A stretch of DNA of 62,988 nt, filler included, from Globobulimina sp. (taxonomy: Eukaryota): NCBI GenBank assembly GCA_003354225.1. It is 18 parts of 18 records of this genome, joined end to end, with 100 filler letters (N's around TTAATTAATTAA, not from the genome) between each part and the next. Parts side by side here need not be neighbours in the genome. Positions count along the whole stretch, not along the records: positions 31,554 to 34,958 come from PIVH01002883.1; positions 35,059 to 38,463 come from PIVH01002884.1; positions 38,564 to 41,967 come from PIVH01002885.1; positions 42,068 to 45,471 come from PIVH01002886.1; 14 more parts are not named here. One strand, given 5' to 3'. The position numbers and the translations under genes were made by a program. Positions 33,557 to 45,571 of this stretch are shown here, one piece after another (the first letter of the stretch is position 1; every line of letters begins with the position of its first letter). The notes beneath the pieces are model-generated. The model was not told the origin of the DNA, did not search any database, and saw only the letters and a list, made by a program, of their open reading frames with translations.

Positions 33557-34958
33557 ATGGAACATAAGTCAGTGTTCAAAAATGACGACAATAATAACAA
33601 TGACAACAACAATAACCCTCCAATAAGTGCATGGGGTAACCCTCAAATAAGCAACAATCCATTCCAATTCACAAACGACAACAGCCAATCAGCCTTCTCC
33701 GTGTGGGGCAACAACAACAACACAAACACAAACACCACCACCCACACAAACACTAACACTGCCAATACAAACTCAACTAATCTCTTTGCTTCGCCATTCA
33801 AATTCACAAATGACAACCCATTTGGCACCACAACAACCCCCAACGCGAACACCACTAACAACACACCACAATCTGCATTCACACACACTTCAAACACCCA
33901 CACAAAAACACCAACAAACACATGGTGGTCTACCAACACCACCAACAACAACAACAATGCAAATACCACCACCAACAACAACTGGATAACTAACGGCGGC
34001 AACAGTATGAATGAGAATAAAATAGATGACGACAACAGTATGGATGGTAACCATTCGCAATCATTCACCAATTTCAATACAAATCCACCGCCACCTCCAC
34101 CACCAAAAGCAAAGCCCAAACCCAAATCAAATGGCAGACTGCAAGCCACAGCAGAAAGCAAATTGTTTCTCGGCAGTTGGAAACTAAAAACTGGACTTGT
34201 TTACATTACAATGAAACGGAAACAATCTGACCCCAATCTCTTAGTCGTTTAGTATTATTTCATATATTTATTTCGTGAAAAAAATAGCAAATTTCCATGC
34301 GCTTTTGCGTGATTTCCAAGGGTCTATGTGATAATTATCCCAGATATGAGATAAAAGTGACCGGATTTGGATTAGCTACGCGTACAGAACTACCCAATGG
34401 ACACAAATTGCATGGCATTATACACCTAAATTCACAGAGAAAAGGTGTTTTGAGTATACTGTGGTATGATGATCACGAAAACCATCAACATTATTGGAAT
34501 CAGGCCGGCTGCAATAAACATCCATGCACTTTTGCAGAGAATTGCAAATTTGCACATATTAATGACACAGTAACCCAACAATTACAAGTCAATAATAAAC
34601 GTGCACTGCAATTACAAGAAAAAAAGAAAAACAAACACCACAATAACAGCAATAAAAAACCACCATTCTCTAACAAAGTATACACATTCAACACTGATCA
34701 AAATAAGACAGAAGCAAAAGATAACCACACTACAAACACATCGGTCATACTTAAATCCGGCATACGATTCAGCCCCAAAACTAATAAAAACAACAAAACC
34801 AACACCAACAACACAGCAGAACCACCGCCTAAACCAATGTTGCCCAAAACATTAACATCATTTAAAAATCCATTACACAAAACAGAGGGTTTGTCATTTA
34901 CCACCACATACTTCGACACCAATGGCAGCTCTGTCGGCACGGTCATATCCACCCAAAA
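33557..34958 (+). CDS. N/T-rich low-complexity protein with CCCH-like zinc finger, 3'-partial
   Basis: Repeated NPFQFTNDN/SPFKFTNDN and SAWG/SVWG motifs, polyPro; probable intron ~34246-34320; CNKHPCTFAENCKFAH. Confidence 0.6.
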
Positions 34959-35058
34959 NNNNNNNNNNNNNNNNNNNNNNNNNNNNNNNNNNNNNNNNNN
35001 NNTTAATTAATTAANNNNNNNNNNNNNNNNNNNNNNNNNNNNNNNNNNNNNNNNNNNN

Positions 35059-36060
35059 AATAAAAAACAGTGTTTTGCTGTAAGTGTTGCTCATAATATT
35101 CGAAGGAAAATAAAAGAATGTGGAAAATGTATGAAATATATGGAATGTATAATAAATCAAACAAATGTTAGTAAGTGCATCCATTGTAATTGTGATAGAT
35201 TACAAAACATAATAATCCCAGCAACAAAAATATTGTTTCGAAGAAGGGAAATCAAGCACCAATCGTCAGTGTATGATGAGGAAGAGAAAGAAACCACATA
35301 TTATAAATTTGGAGACAATCGAAAGTGTTATAAGTGCGAATGTGAATATGTGGATGATTCCAATTATAATATATATCCATTACCAACCAATGGCTTTGAT
35401 TTTTGTTTATTATCATTTGTCAACGATGACAAATATAATTATCCGGTTTATTGTAAAAATATAAGGGTTAGAAATGAGATGAAAGCCTTAAGAAACACAA
35501 ATATCGCAATGTTCCATATTTTTGGATATCCAATGACTGAAAAATTAAAACAATATAAAATGTATGGAATGGAATCGAGTTCGAATAATTATTCCGTTAA
35601 AATATCAACAAAGAGCAACAAATGTTATTTGAAACAGATGGAGATTGATAGCACGGGCGGACAGTCGGGATCTGCCATTTGGTACAAACAACGTAATAAC
35701 ACCGTAATATTTGCTATTCATTCTGGTGGGAATAATATAAAAAAATATAATGTAGCCACTATTATTAATGACAAAATGTTGGAGGAAATCAAACAAGTTC
35801 ATTCTGAAAAGGTGGAATTACATTCTATTGGTTGTAACGATGATGGACAGCAAGGAAATGGAGGAAATGAAGATATTAAACAAATAACCAAAATAAAAAC
35901 ATTTAAGAAAAAAATAAAAAATATTGTTACTTGCGGCGGCTATGGCAATGGTTATGGTTATGTCGCAGCGTATATTTTGTTTGATGATGGAACCTATGAA
36001 TGTTGTGGCTATAATAAAAAGGGCGCATTGGGTATTGGACATGAAATGACATCAAATGAA
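35059..36060 (+). CDS. Trypsin/V8-like serine protease fused to RCC1 repeats; 5'-partial and apparently interrupted at ~36060-36080
   Basis: In-frame SVAHNI (His), FDFCLL (Asp), GYP, DSTGGQSGSAIW (Ser), AIHSGG; then SIGCNDDGQQGNG and CCGYNKKGALGIG RCC1 repeats. Confidence 0.75.
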
Positions 36061-36081
36061 TATTGTATTGAGTATAATTTG

Positions 36082-37575
36082 TTATTATGCATTGCCCTGG
36101 CCTCGCTTTGTTATTATATTATTATTTCAATTCATTACATTCATCAACATCTCCGTCGATCCCCTAAAATCCAAATACCTCATCACGAGGTTCCGTTCAA
36201 TTCCGTCCCAACAAACCAGCACTATAAGTTCGTGGTATATTTATTTCAGTATAATATTAGTCCTTTATGGATATAATGTGTATTGGTTTGGAACTACCGA
36301 TATGGAGCACGCGTTAGTGGGTTATTTTCAACAACCGACACGGAATATGTCTGTGTATCCATTCATTTTATGGTCATTCATTTATGGGTCTGTTATGGCA
36401 TCGGTCGACATCATAAACAATTTTTGTACAGATTGTTTTAGTTTATTTATTTCGTTTGGAGTGTTGAACATTTATTATCATTGGTATTTTTTGTGCGCTC
36501 TGTTTTATTATGATATTTTTAGTTATTTTTTATCGATAATTTGGATTATTAAGCAGTTGCGTTGTGTATATATCATCGATTATATATTTTATGCATCATT
36601 ACTATGGTTTATAACTCGCGTTTGGGTTTTTATCCAAATGTGCTTCCTCTCTGAAGTAAGGAAGTTGAAACCCGTATCTGCGAAGTACGATTATGCATTG
36701 TTGGAGTATTCACCAGTTAGAAATGGAGCGACGATTTCCAGGAAAGCAGTACCAGTGTTATGGATAGCTAGCGGTCCCGCACCAGAACAAGTTCATTTTT
36801 ATAGTTCTATTTTTATATCAAAAAAACCTGGTTATGGTGACTTGATGTCACACGGCGTAATTTGGTCGTATTGCTTAGAAATTTTGAAAATATTACACTT
36901 TTCTAGAATATTACAGGTAATATTAGTCTGCAAATCTATGGTATTATGTTTTGTGATTGGATTATTATATTTTGGTGTTATATGTGTCTGTTCATACGGT
37001 TTATATATATTTATATGTCGTTTTTATGGTATAGAATTATTCAGATATTTGATATGGAATTTGGGCACATTGTTTAGATTTAATTTTTATACAATTAGTT
37101 CAGGCAGATTTTATTTTGTTTTCATATCATTTTGCTTACCATATGGATCCGTCCAGTACGTTGGTAGCTTATGGTAGTAATCATATCTATATTTCTGCTT
37201 TGATTAAACTCTAATTGTAAATGTATATTTATTCTGTGCCCTTATTTTGTGTTGTGTTGGTGTTTCTGTTTAGTGTGTGAGTGCGTGGAGTTTTTCTGAT
37301 GTTTAATCAGTAAAAACTTTCCTTCAAACTCTTCATGTTTTCAATGACAGAGCTTACTTTTTGTTTTTTTCTATGTGTAACGGGAGCTTGCATTGCATGA
37401 GGTGCTTATTATGCATTGCCCTGGCCTCGCTTTGTTATTATATTATTATTTCAATTCATTACATTCATCAACATCTCCGTCGATCCCCTAAAATCCAAAT
37501 ACAACATCACGAGGTTCCGTTCAATTCCGTCCCAACAAACCAGCACTATAAGTTCGTGGTATATTTATTCCAGTA
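36082..37575. mobile_element. 1.49-kb segment bounded by 170-bp direct repeats (LTR/TRIM-like, unclassified)
   Basis: 36082-36251 and 37406-37575 differ at 3 positions; the host ORF loses RCC1 character just before the first copy. Confidence 0.55.
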
Positions 37576-38270
37576 GTTATTGGGATAACAAATGTAATTG
37601 ATAGTGAAGATGATATTGATATGAAACAGTTTGATGATAGAAAACACCCTGGAAAATATCCACGAAGTATAAATGCTATCAATATTGAAACACAAATAAT
37701 AGCAAATAAAGATAAAATAAAAGATAAATCAATTATATATATATACCAAATATTAAACGAAAGCCAACAGAGAATGATAGATTTGTTAGTTGGGCTCATT
37801 TATGGCCAGAATGTCTGGAGGAAAAGGAGGAAAAGGATGAAGATACTACTAATAATAATAATAATTTTGACACTGAACATCATGATGATAATAATTATAA
37901 TAATAATAATAATAATTTTGACACCGAACATGATGATGATGATAATAATACTAATAATTTTGAGCATGATCCTTTTGACATTGATGATAATCATAATAAT
38001 AATTATAACACTGAAGATAATAATATATTTGCACTGATAAATGGTACCTCTGAAAATATTAATTTGCCTAATTTATTGATTAATAATATTAGTGATATTG
38101 ATTTGTCTGTAGTAGATTTAGAAATTCTACCAAGTGAAGATGAGCAGCCTGATGTTGGCATTCCAGTTCAACCAAATGAGCATTATGATGATGATGATGA
38201 TGATGAGGAGGACACACACCTCTCATTTGTCCTAATGTTAAGTGTTGATTCCTATAATATGGTCATATAA
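37576..38270 (+). pseudogene. Frameshifted N/D-rich ORF with AAT/GAT repeats
   Basis: Frame switch near 37790; second frame reads ECLEEKEEKDEDTTNNNNNNFDTEHHDD... with repeated NFDTEH units. Confidence 0.35.
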
Positions 38271-38563
38271 TAATAGGGTAAAATCATATAATATGGTCAT
38301 AATAGGGTACAGAAGCGGCTTAGTCTCAATTTAATATTAATTTGACAAAACAAATTTTATTATACATAGTCATACAATGGAGTGATGGAATACGTCAGCA
38401 ATAACATCTGTTGTCTGTTGAACATTATTCTTTGTCCAATGCAATGGGATTCTCATATCACAANNNNNNNNNNNNNNNNNNNNNNNNNNNNNNNNNNNNN
38501 NNNNNNNTTAATTAATTAANNNNNNNNNNNNNNNNNNNNNNNNNNNNNNNNNNNNNNNNNNNN

Positions 38564-40625
38564 GATGATCGAACACAAACAATTGGTGTTAGATAATAAT
38601 ATGTTGGACGTCATTCTGAATTATATTCGCCAGCACGTTCTGTCGCATATATGTCCCATCGGCGCCATTCATTTATTGCACAGTATCTTGGATCGGAAGT
38701 TAATCAGTCCGAAGATTTATGATTTGATGTTTGAAATTCATGATAATTTAAGCAAGTTACAATCGGAGAAATTAACCCGTCATTATAGCGAATGTCTGAC
38801 CAAATTTTTATTATCTTATCCGTTGTCAGACGGCGGCATAAAAAAACACTTTGAGAAAATAATCGGTTCCTTGCAACATCCATTTGTTTTGGGTCGGTTG
38901 TGTTCGTTGCAGTTAATGGATGAAATCATATTGAAATTCCCCGGCAAAGTGATCGATGTCTACGGCTTGGTTTTGTTCATTTCATTGGTGCAGCAATTAG
39001 CAAATGAGAATGATAAAAGCATCAAAAAGAAAATCAAAGGAACATTGATTATTTTGTTGAATAAAATTGAAAATGACCAATTTTGGCAGTTTTGGACCAT
39101 GTTTGAAGAGTGGATCAAACAAAAGAAAAAATTCAAATTGACCCTCGCCTCGTTGCAGTGTGGAATATCTTTTATTTGTCAAAGCGAGCATGTTGTCACC
39201 AAAGCAAATTATAAATCTCTCTGTAAAATATTACTGAATAATGGCATAAATGATGCCGTCAAGCAACACAAATCTAGCATAAAAGTGCAGGATTACGGCG
39301 AGAATACTATATGGAAACCGTGCTATTTGTCATTGGTTTTAGTACAACATTTGTTTAATGGAATGCAGAGAGATTATTTACGGATATTACTGAAAGATGA
39401 GCTGTATAAAAATGCCTTCAATTCGACCATTATTTTGATGGATTTCCCGCATCGTTGGATCAGAACTGTTTGTTGCAAGATTTTAGGTTTTTATTTGAGT
39501 ATTGTTGGAAAGGAGGGATTGATTAAGAATAATTCTAAGAAGGATGAGGGAAATAGTAAGTTGTGGATAGGCTGCGATGAAGATAGCATTTACAATTTAT
39601 GCGAGAAACTATGTGAAATTATGCGCGATTTATATGTGTCGCATAGTTTATGCGACCAAGTCGTGAAAAACTTATTATTTTTAACTTTGATATTACACGA
39701 AAAGTATCTCAATGGTTTAAAGGGTGACATTAACTATGAATTCATCAAAGAAATGAAACAGCGACAAAAGGAAACCTATCAAAGGAAAATGAGAGAGCGG
39801 GAAATGAGCAGAGAAGAATTAAAATTGATGCGAATAAAACTAAAACAAAGCAGAAAAAAAGAAATTGCTGAAATGAGGAAGGAAAAAGCGGAATGGTTTG
39901 AGGGTATTGAGTATGAAAAAGAAAATGAAAATGAATTTGTATTTGAATCTGAGGAAGAAAATGAAAATAATGAAGAAAATAAGGAAGAAAATACGGAAGG
40001 AAATGAAAGTAATTTATGGATTCGACAGAAGATTGAAAATAAAATGGATGAGAGCGAAGATAAGAAATCACCGAATTGGAGAATTAATGCAATTTTTGAG
40101 TTTATGACTGAACGAATCAAATATAGGTCGACAACATTGGACATTCAATATTCTATTTTGGAATGGTTTGCTGCCATAATTATTAAATTCTCGCCGTACG
40201 ACTTACGATTGTATGATTATTATATTCTGACTGCGGTGGTTTATATGTTGAAAGAAAGAGACGATCCGTCGATTTCCATTGAACGGAGAAAGCAATTTTG
40301 TCTGATTGAGGGCAGAGACGTTGAACCAATAAATCTCAGACAACAGCATCGCATTGCAATGTATACAAAATGTGTGGAAATAAGCAATCAAATATTAAGT
40401 CAATTAAAAGATAAAATTGGTGATTCCACATTTTTAAAGAAATTTTATGAAATTCAACATAAAAAAAGTAATATGAGACGAGCGAGAAAAGCAAAAGCCA
40501 ATGAAATTGCAATCAAGAAACGGAAACTAGAAAATAAATCAAATAATAATCAACAACGACAACCTGCAAAGAAAAAACGTAAAACCAACAAGGATGATGA
40601 TTGGGTTTCATTTTTGTGGTCGTAA
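38564..40625 (+). CDS. UTP20: Small-subunit processome component UTP20, C-terminal part
   Basis: CLTKFLLSYPL..KHFEKIIGSLQHPFVLGRLCSLQLMDEIILKFP, PHRWIR..ILGFY, QVVKNLLFL and a basic C-terminal tail. Confidence 0.85.
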
Positions 40626-40975
40626 AATTTAAAATATATAAAAAAGCACAATGACTCTTTTTGTTCGATTGATTTATATAATATTTGTAATTTAAATTTT
40701 GAATTAATTGATAATATAATTTGTAGCATCTTTTTAATTTCGTAGCATCCAATGGGAATATGGGATATATCGTTCACTAAACACAACAATTATGGGATTG
40801 TGGTATTGTGGTATAAATAAGAATTCAAACTGTTTAAATGGATTCGTTTTCTGTTTGTGGTCACAAGGAAAATGTAATTGTAATATGAAAATACATACAA
40901 CTGAAAATACATACAAAATGGTATTGTGAGCAATCAACTCCAAAAGTTGAAGTCCGATCATCTAGTCAATGAACC

Positions 40976-41967
40976 ATGTCGTCTTTGTTTTTGTCGATTC
41001 TTCTAACAGCCACAAGCGGGCAACTTGTGTTAAATGGATCACTGTTCACTTCGAGTTCAATGGGCGAATATCAATTGGCCAGAATTTATTGTGCTCACAA
41101 TGTTGATTGTACAGTCAATTGCTATGCTCAAGAAGCATGTGGTGATACAAAAATCCATGGCCCAAACAATGCCACATTAACTATAAATTGTAACTCTGAG
41201 GGTCTGTCATCTCTCCCTAGCTATGCCCAGAAAGGAACTGCGTGCCAAAGCATTGATGTTTATGCTGAGAATTCAGCACAACTATACATCAACGTATATA
41301 ATGAAATCCTGTCCTTGTCATATTCATGGATCTATTTACCAACAAACAACAAGACAAACAATACAATCATTACCTGCGGAATCATCGGGAGTTACACCTC
41401 GCAAACTGAAGAACCTTCGAATACTGCATTTACAGTCTGTGGCAATAAAAATAGGATATACAGCAGATATGGTTTCCGCTCATTGCGCTGGACATATTAT
41501 GCCACAAATACGTGGGCATTGAAACTCGATGCGGACATATCTGACGACAATATGATGCTTTGTGGCGATGGCTACACATTACGGTGCGACGAATTTAAAG
41601 TTAGAGATAGAATGTATAGCTGCTTAGATAAATCATCTCCGTGTTACAGTGCATTATATGTGGCGCCGACAGACCAACCAACAGAAATACCGACAATTCA
41701 ACCAACGCAGATTCCGACTATGGCACCGACTGAGACACCAACAACAAAAACACCAACTATGTCAACAAAAGCACCAACACTGCGTCCAACTGCAGCTGTA
41801 CTTACTCAACAACCGTCATATTCAGCAGCACCGACTATGGTGAATGCAGCAGGAAATGAGGATGAATCTGATGGGAATGCCTTGGTGTATTATGTACTTA
41901 TTCCTGTTGTTTTGTGTGTTTGTGTTGTTGCTGCATATTGTTATCGAATGAGAGCAAACAAATCAAA
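40976..41967 (+). CDS. Type-I surface protein: signal peptide, Cys-rich ectodomain, PTxxPT stalk, TM
   Basis: MSSLFLSILL signal; DCTVNCYAQEAC motif; APTDQPTEIPTIQPT repeats; TM YYVLIPVVLCVCVVAAY. Confidence 0.75.
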
Positions 41968-42266
41968 NNNNNNNNNNNNNNNNNNNNNNNNNNNNNNNNN
42001 NNNNNNNNNNNTTAATTAATTAANNNNNNNNNNNNNNNNNNNNNNNNNNNNNNNNNNNNNNNNNNNNTATATTTAATTTAATTTCATAATAAATATATGA
42101 TCCTTGGATATGTTAATTAACTTTTTTTAATGAATTTAAAAATAAACTCATATTTTTGGAACGATACTCTTCTCCGAAATGTTTTATTTTTTGATGATAA
42201 TTCAGCTGTGAAATCAAAAGTGACCTCATGCGTATAACCAGTTGACATTACTAAACAAAGTTTTTG

Positions 42267-43996
42267 ATGAAAAACAAAATCATGGCTAACTTCCAATTCT
42301 CTCTCATCTTTATCTTTATATTGATATTATATGGCGTATCACGTGCCAAAATTTATGAAATTTACCATCGAGATCATTATCATGATACACTCCAAGATTT
42401 ACCAGTCGGATCTCGTTATGCCTCAGTCATTGCTTTTTACAATGAAACAACGCAATGTCAAAATAGTTTAAAACATTTACCATTTTCAGAGACCGGATTA
42501 CCTTCAGTTGAACACTTATTGTTGGGTCAATATGAAATCTCAACGGCACGAGAACGTGTTTGGTATGTCATAACAAATGATTTCCTTCTTTTTAATCATC
42601 CATTCAAATGTAAACAAAAACAGGTACGTTTATGAGGAACATCTGGATTTACCAAAATATATCGGCATCAATGATTACATGCACACCAAACAAGAATGTG
42701 AGTGTCCAATCCTTGCCTTTGTTCCCTCGTCGTATGCCGACGAACTCACCGACGATTATTTAAAAAATCCAGCGACAGATGGCATTAAAATATGGCATTC
42801 CGAATCTGACTCTGATTGGAAACTGTGGACCTGGAAAAATCTAGAAAAAACCATCCGGATTGTTATGGACTTACCCTTTGACTTTGAAATCACAATAAAC
42901 CACCAAACCATTAATACCTACTTACGACAACAAGCTAAGCCATGGACGCAAACCGTTACAATCAACTCTCTATTATCCCATCACGACCTCACTGTATTTC
43001 CAGGTACATAAATCCATTGCATTTCCACGCTCAGTTTGACGCTAAAAACACCCCTCCCACCAAGGTGACACAATATACATCTCGCAAAACCCCGAACTAT
43101 CGCCCCAATTTCGCCGGAAACGCGCCAAACAAACCAAAGCAAGCAAACCCACGGCGTCCGACACAAACCCTACGTACACCGTCCATGCCTCCATGTGGGT
43201 GTTGCATGTGATTGAATTTGCCGACGGTACGTGGGGCTTTGCCGATGACCGTCCATCCGACATTTCCGCCTCTTGGTTGGCCAAAAGGCACTCCACCACC
43301 CTCATGACCCATACTCGTAACTTGATTTTGCCGCAAATCTTGCCAGCCACACATCCGAAGGGCTTCATTAAAACCAAAATGCCCAGCGGTTTGCATGAGC
43401 GCTTAGTCGCTTTCTACAGAAAATGGTACCATTTGCGTGAGGAGGAGTCGTGGGATCAAAGTGCTACGCAAATCAATTATTATGCGGTGAAAACGCATAT
43501 GGTTTCGCTCGACCATGACATGCATGAACGAGACAGCATCGCGAATGAAGTGATGAGGCATGTGCTGCTGAACTGGGCGCGGGACAATGGTGCGACGCAT
43601 ATAAATGAGTTGAAGTTCAGTGCGTTTTATGGCATACGGGAATATTCGCGCGGCGCCAGTTTGCGTAATCACGTGGATAGAGTGAGTACGCATGTTTTGA
43701 GTGCGGTGTTGCAGGTGGCACAGACCGGGGTGGATACCCCGTGGCCGTTGCAAGTGATTGGATTTGATGGCATTTTGTATGATGTGGTGTTGCAACCGGG
43801 CGAGATGATATTGTATGAAGGGCATAAGTTGATACATGGCCGACCGTATGGCTTCAACGGGACCAAATTTACCAATGCGTTTATTCATTTTGCGCCGCTG
43901 GATTGGGACTGGACAACCGGCAAAGTATGGAAATCACCGCAGGCAAAGGAAATGTTGAAGAAAATGCATATGGACATGAGGAGTATATATGTTTGA
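42267..43996 (+). CDS. Secreted 2OG-Fe(II) dioxygenase (prolyl-hydroxylase-like), 3 exons
   Basis: Signal peptide; introns 42563-42623 and 43004-43064 join three ORFs in frame; YGIREY..LRNHVDR (HxD), PWPL, PGEMILYEG..HGRP. Confidence 0.82.
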
Positions 43997-44184
43997 CGGT
44001 TGATTGTTGATATTTTGACAGCTTTTTTTCCGTTTTTTAATTTAATAATTATTAAAAACAGCTTAATGGAACTTTCTGTTCGAGTTGAAAGGATTAACCA
44101 GGCCACGAAAAAACGGTAACTGTTATTTTGGTGATTAGCGAAGAAAGACAGAAGCAACAAAGATCTCAATGTAATTTAATTAAT

Positions 44185-44853
44185 TCAAGGTGCTGCGATT
44201 GATTTAATGTGCTGATATTGATATTGGCCGTCTTTACTGACAATAAATCGATACCAATTTATTTCCGCATTTGCAAAATGTCTCTTAACGTATCCTCGCA
44301 AAAAACTGCTATGCGATGTAACAGCCATACATTCTTCTTTTCTATCGTACAAAAATTGTGTAAATAATTTCATTCGGTTCTGCTCTCCATCAGATTCATA
44401 ATCCGTTGGCCACCAATGTTCATCTAAAATGTCCCAACCTTTATATTGTTTAAAGTGAGGATATTTACTCAATAATTTAGTTTTTGGTGTTCCTTCATCA
44501 CACGTTGCAGACCAACATTCTGTAATATTTTTATTGACCATCAAAGGAATCCTCATTCCTTCAAAAATATAATATGAAGTTTGTAATGTTCGTAGCAACG
44601 GGGATGATATCACCAGTTCAATATTTTTATAAAAATCACTGTTTGCCAATATATTTTTCCTCAATTCTTTCACACATTTCTCGCCTTTCTTTGTTAACAA
44701 AGTATCTGGAACATCCCAATAGTCGCTGTCAATATTATTCATTGCTTCTGCATGGCGAATAAATGCAATCATTTTGGATTTCCTTTTTGAGTCATTACTG
44801 TTCTTCTCTTTATTTTCATCTGTGCCATCATTGAGTTTAACTGCTTGAGCCAT
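44185..44853 (-). CDS. Histidine phosphatase (phosphoglycerate mutase family)
   Basis: FIRHAEA, DTLLT..G, SSPLLRTLQT, VTSHSSFL. Confidence 0.9.
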   Translation of the reverse strand: MAQAVKLNDGTDENKEKNSNDSKRKSKMIAFIRHAEAMNNIDSDYWDVPDTLLTKKGEKCVKELRKNILANSDFYKNIELVISSPLLRTLQTSYYIFEGMRIPLMVNKNITECWSATCDEGTPKTKLLSKYPHFKQYKGWDILDEHWWPTDYESDGEQNRMKLFTQFLYDRKEECMAVTSHSSFLRGYVKRHFANAEINWYRFIVSKDGQYQYQHIKSIAAP

Positions 44854-45055
44854 TAAGTTAAAAACCCGGGGTTTAAAGTAATGAGTAGTTATTATGTACA
44901 ATAAGTCAAGAGGACTTAAGTTGTAGGGTAAAGGGTTAGTTCTTTGAAAAGCTAAACACTATAAGACAAGACGATAAAGAAATAGTTCAAAGAATAGGAA
45001 ATCAAACATATATATTTATATAAGATATCAAACATAACATATTATATCACAATAA

Positions 45056-45471
45056 TTAATCAGTATCTGTACTCAGTACCGCTAACTCACCAAGTTCCTG
45101 CACTGGACTGGAATCTGCTTTTTCAGCAACTTTATATTCTGAACTCAGTCTCATCCTTTCCTGTTGATCTACCTTTTCAGGATCCGCTAAGTTTTCTTTT
45201 GTCTTAAACCACCAAAAAACTGCTGCTATCATTAATATACTGGTTAGAGTACATGAAATTGCAATAAACGCGACCCACCCTTTACCTAAACAATCTGTAC
45301 ATTGTGGTTTTGGTTTTGGTGTTAGTATTGGAGTGCCGCATGTCACAGTCAAATTGTATTCACCATATGAATTATCTGTAGCACCAACAATTAATATATA
45401 TTCCTCAGATGTAACTATTGATGCTGTTAATTGTTTGTGATTTGAATTATCTCTCTCCAGACCACTTTCTA
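45056..45471 (-). CDS. C-terminal TM and cytoplasmic tail of a surface protein, 5'-partial
   Basis: Frame continues to the contig edge; TM WVAFIAISCTLTSILMIAAVFWWF. Confidence 0.6.
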
Positions 45472-45571
45472 NNNNNNNNNNNNNNNNNNNNNNNNNNNNN
45501 NNNNNNNNNNNNNNNTTAATTAATTAANNNNNNNNNNNNNNNNNNNNNNNNNNNNNNNNNNNNNNNNNNNN

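Noticed and set aside
33643-34161. Minus-strand V/L-rich ORF and similar shadow ORFs (e.g. 3742-4449, 22377-23433, 43042-43888, 47894-48847)
   Set aside because: These are antisense or alternate-frame shadows of well-supported genes.
36160-36200. Hammerhead ribozyme in the 170-bp repeat (Penelope-like pLTR)
   Set aside because: The minus strand reads GTGATGAG, not CTGATGAG; there is no properly placed GAAA or stem, and the second copy differs at this site.
36056-37177. 373-aa hydrophobic ORF as a real membrane protein
   Set aside because: It starts within repeat-associated DNA, has the composition of T-rich strand bias and shows no recognisable motif. It is kept only as part of the repeat-bounded segment.
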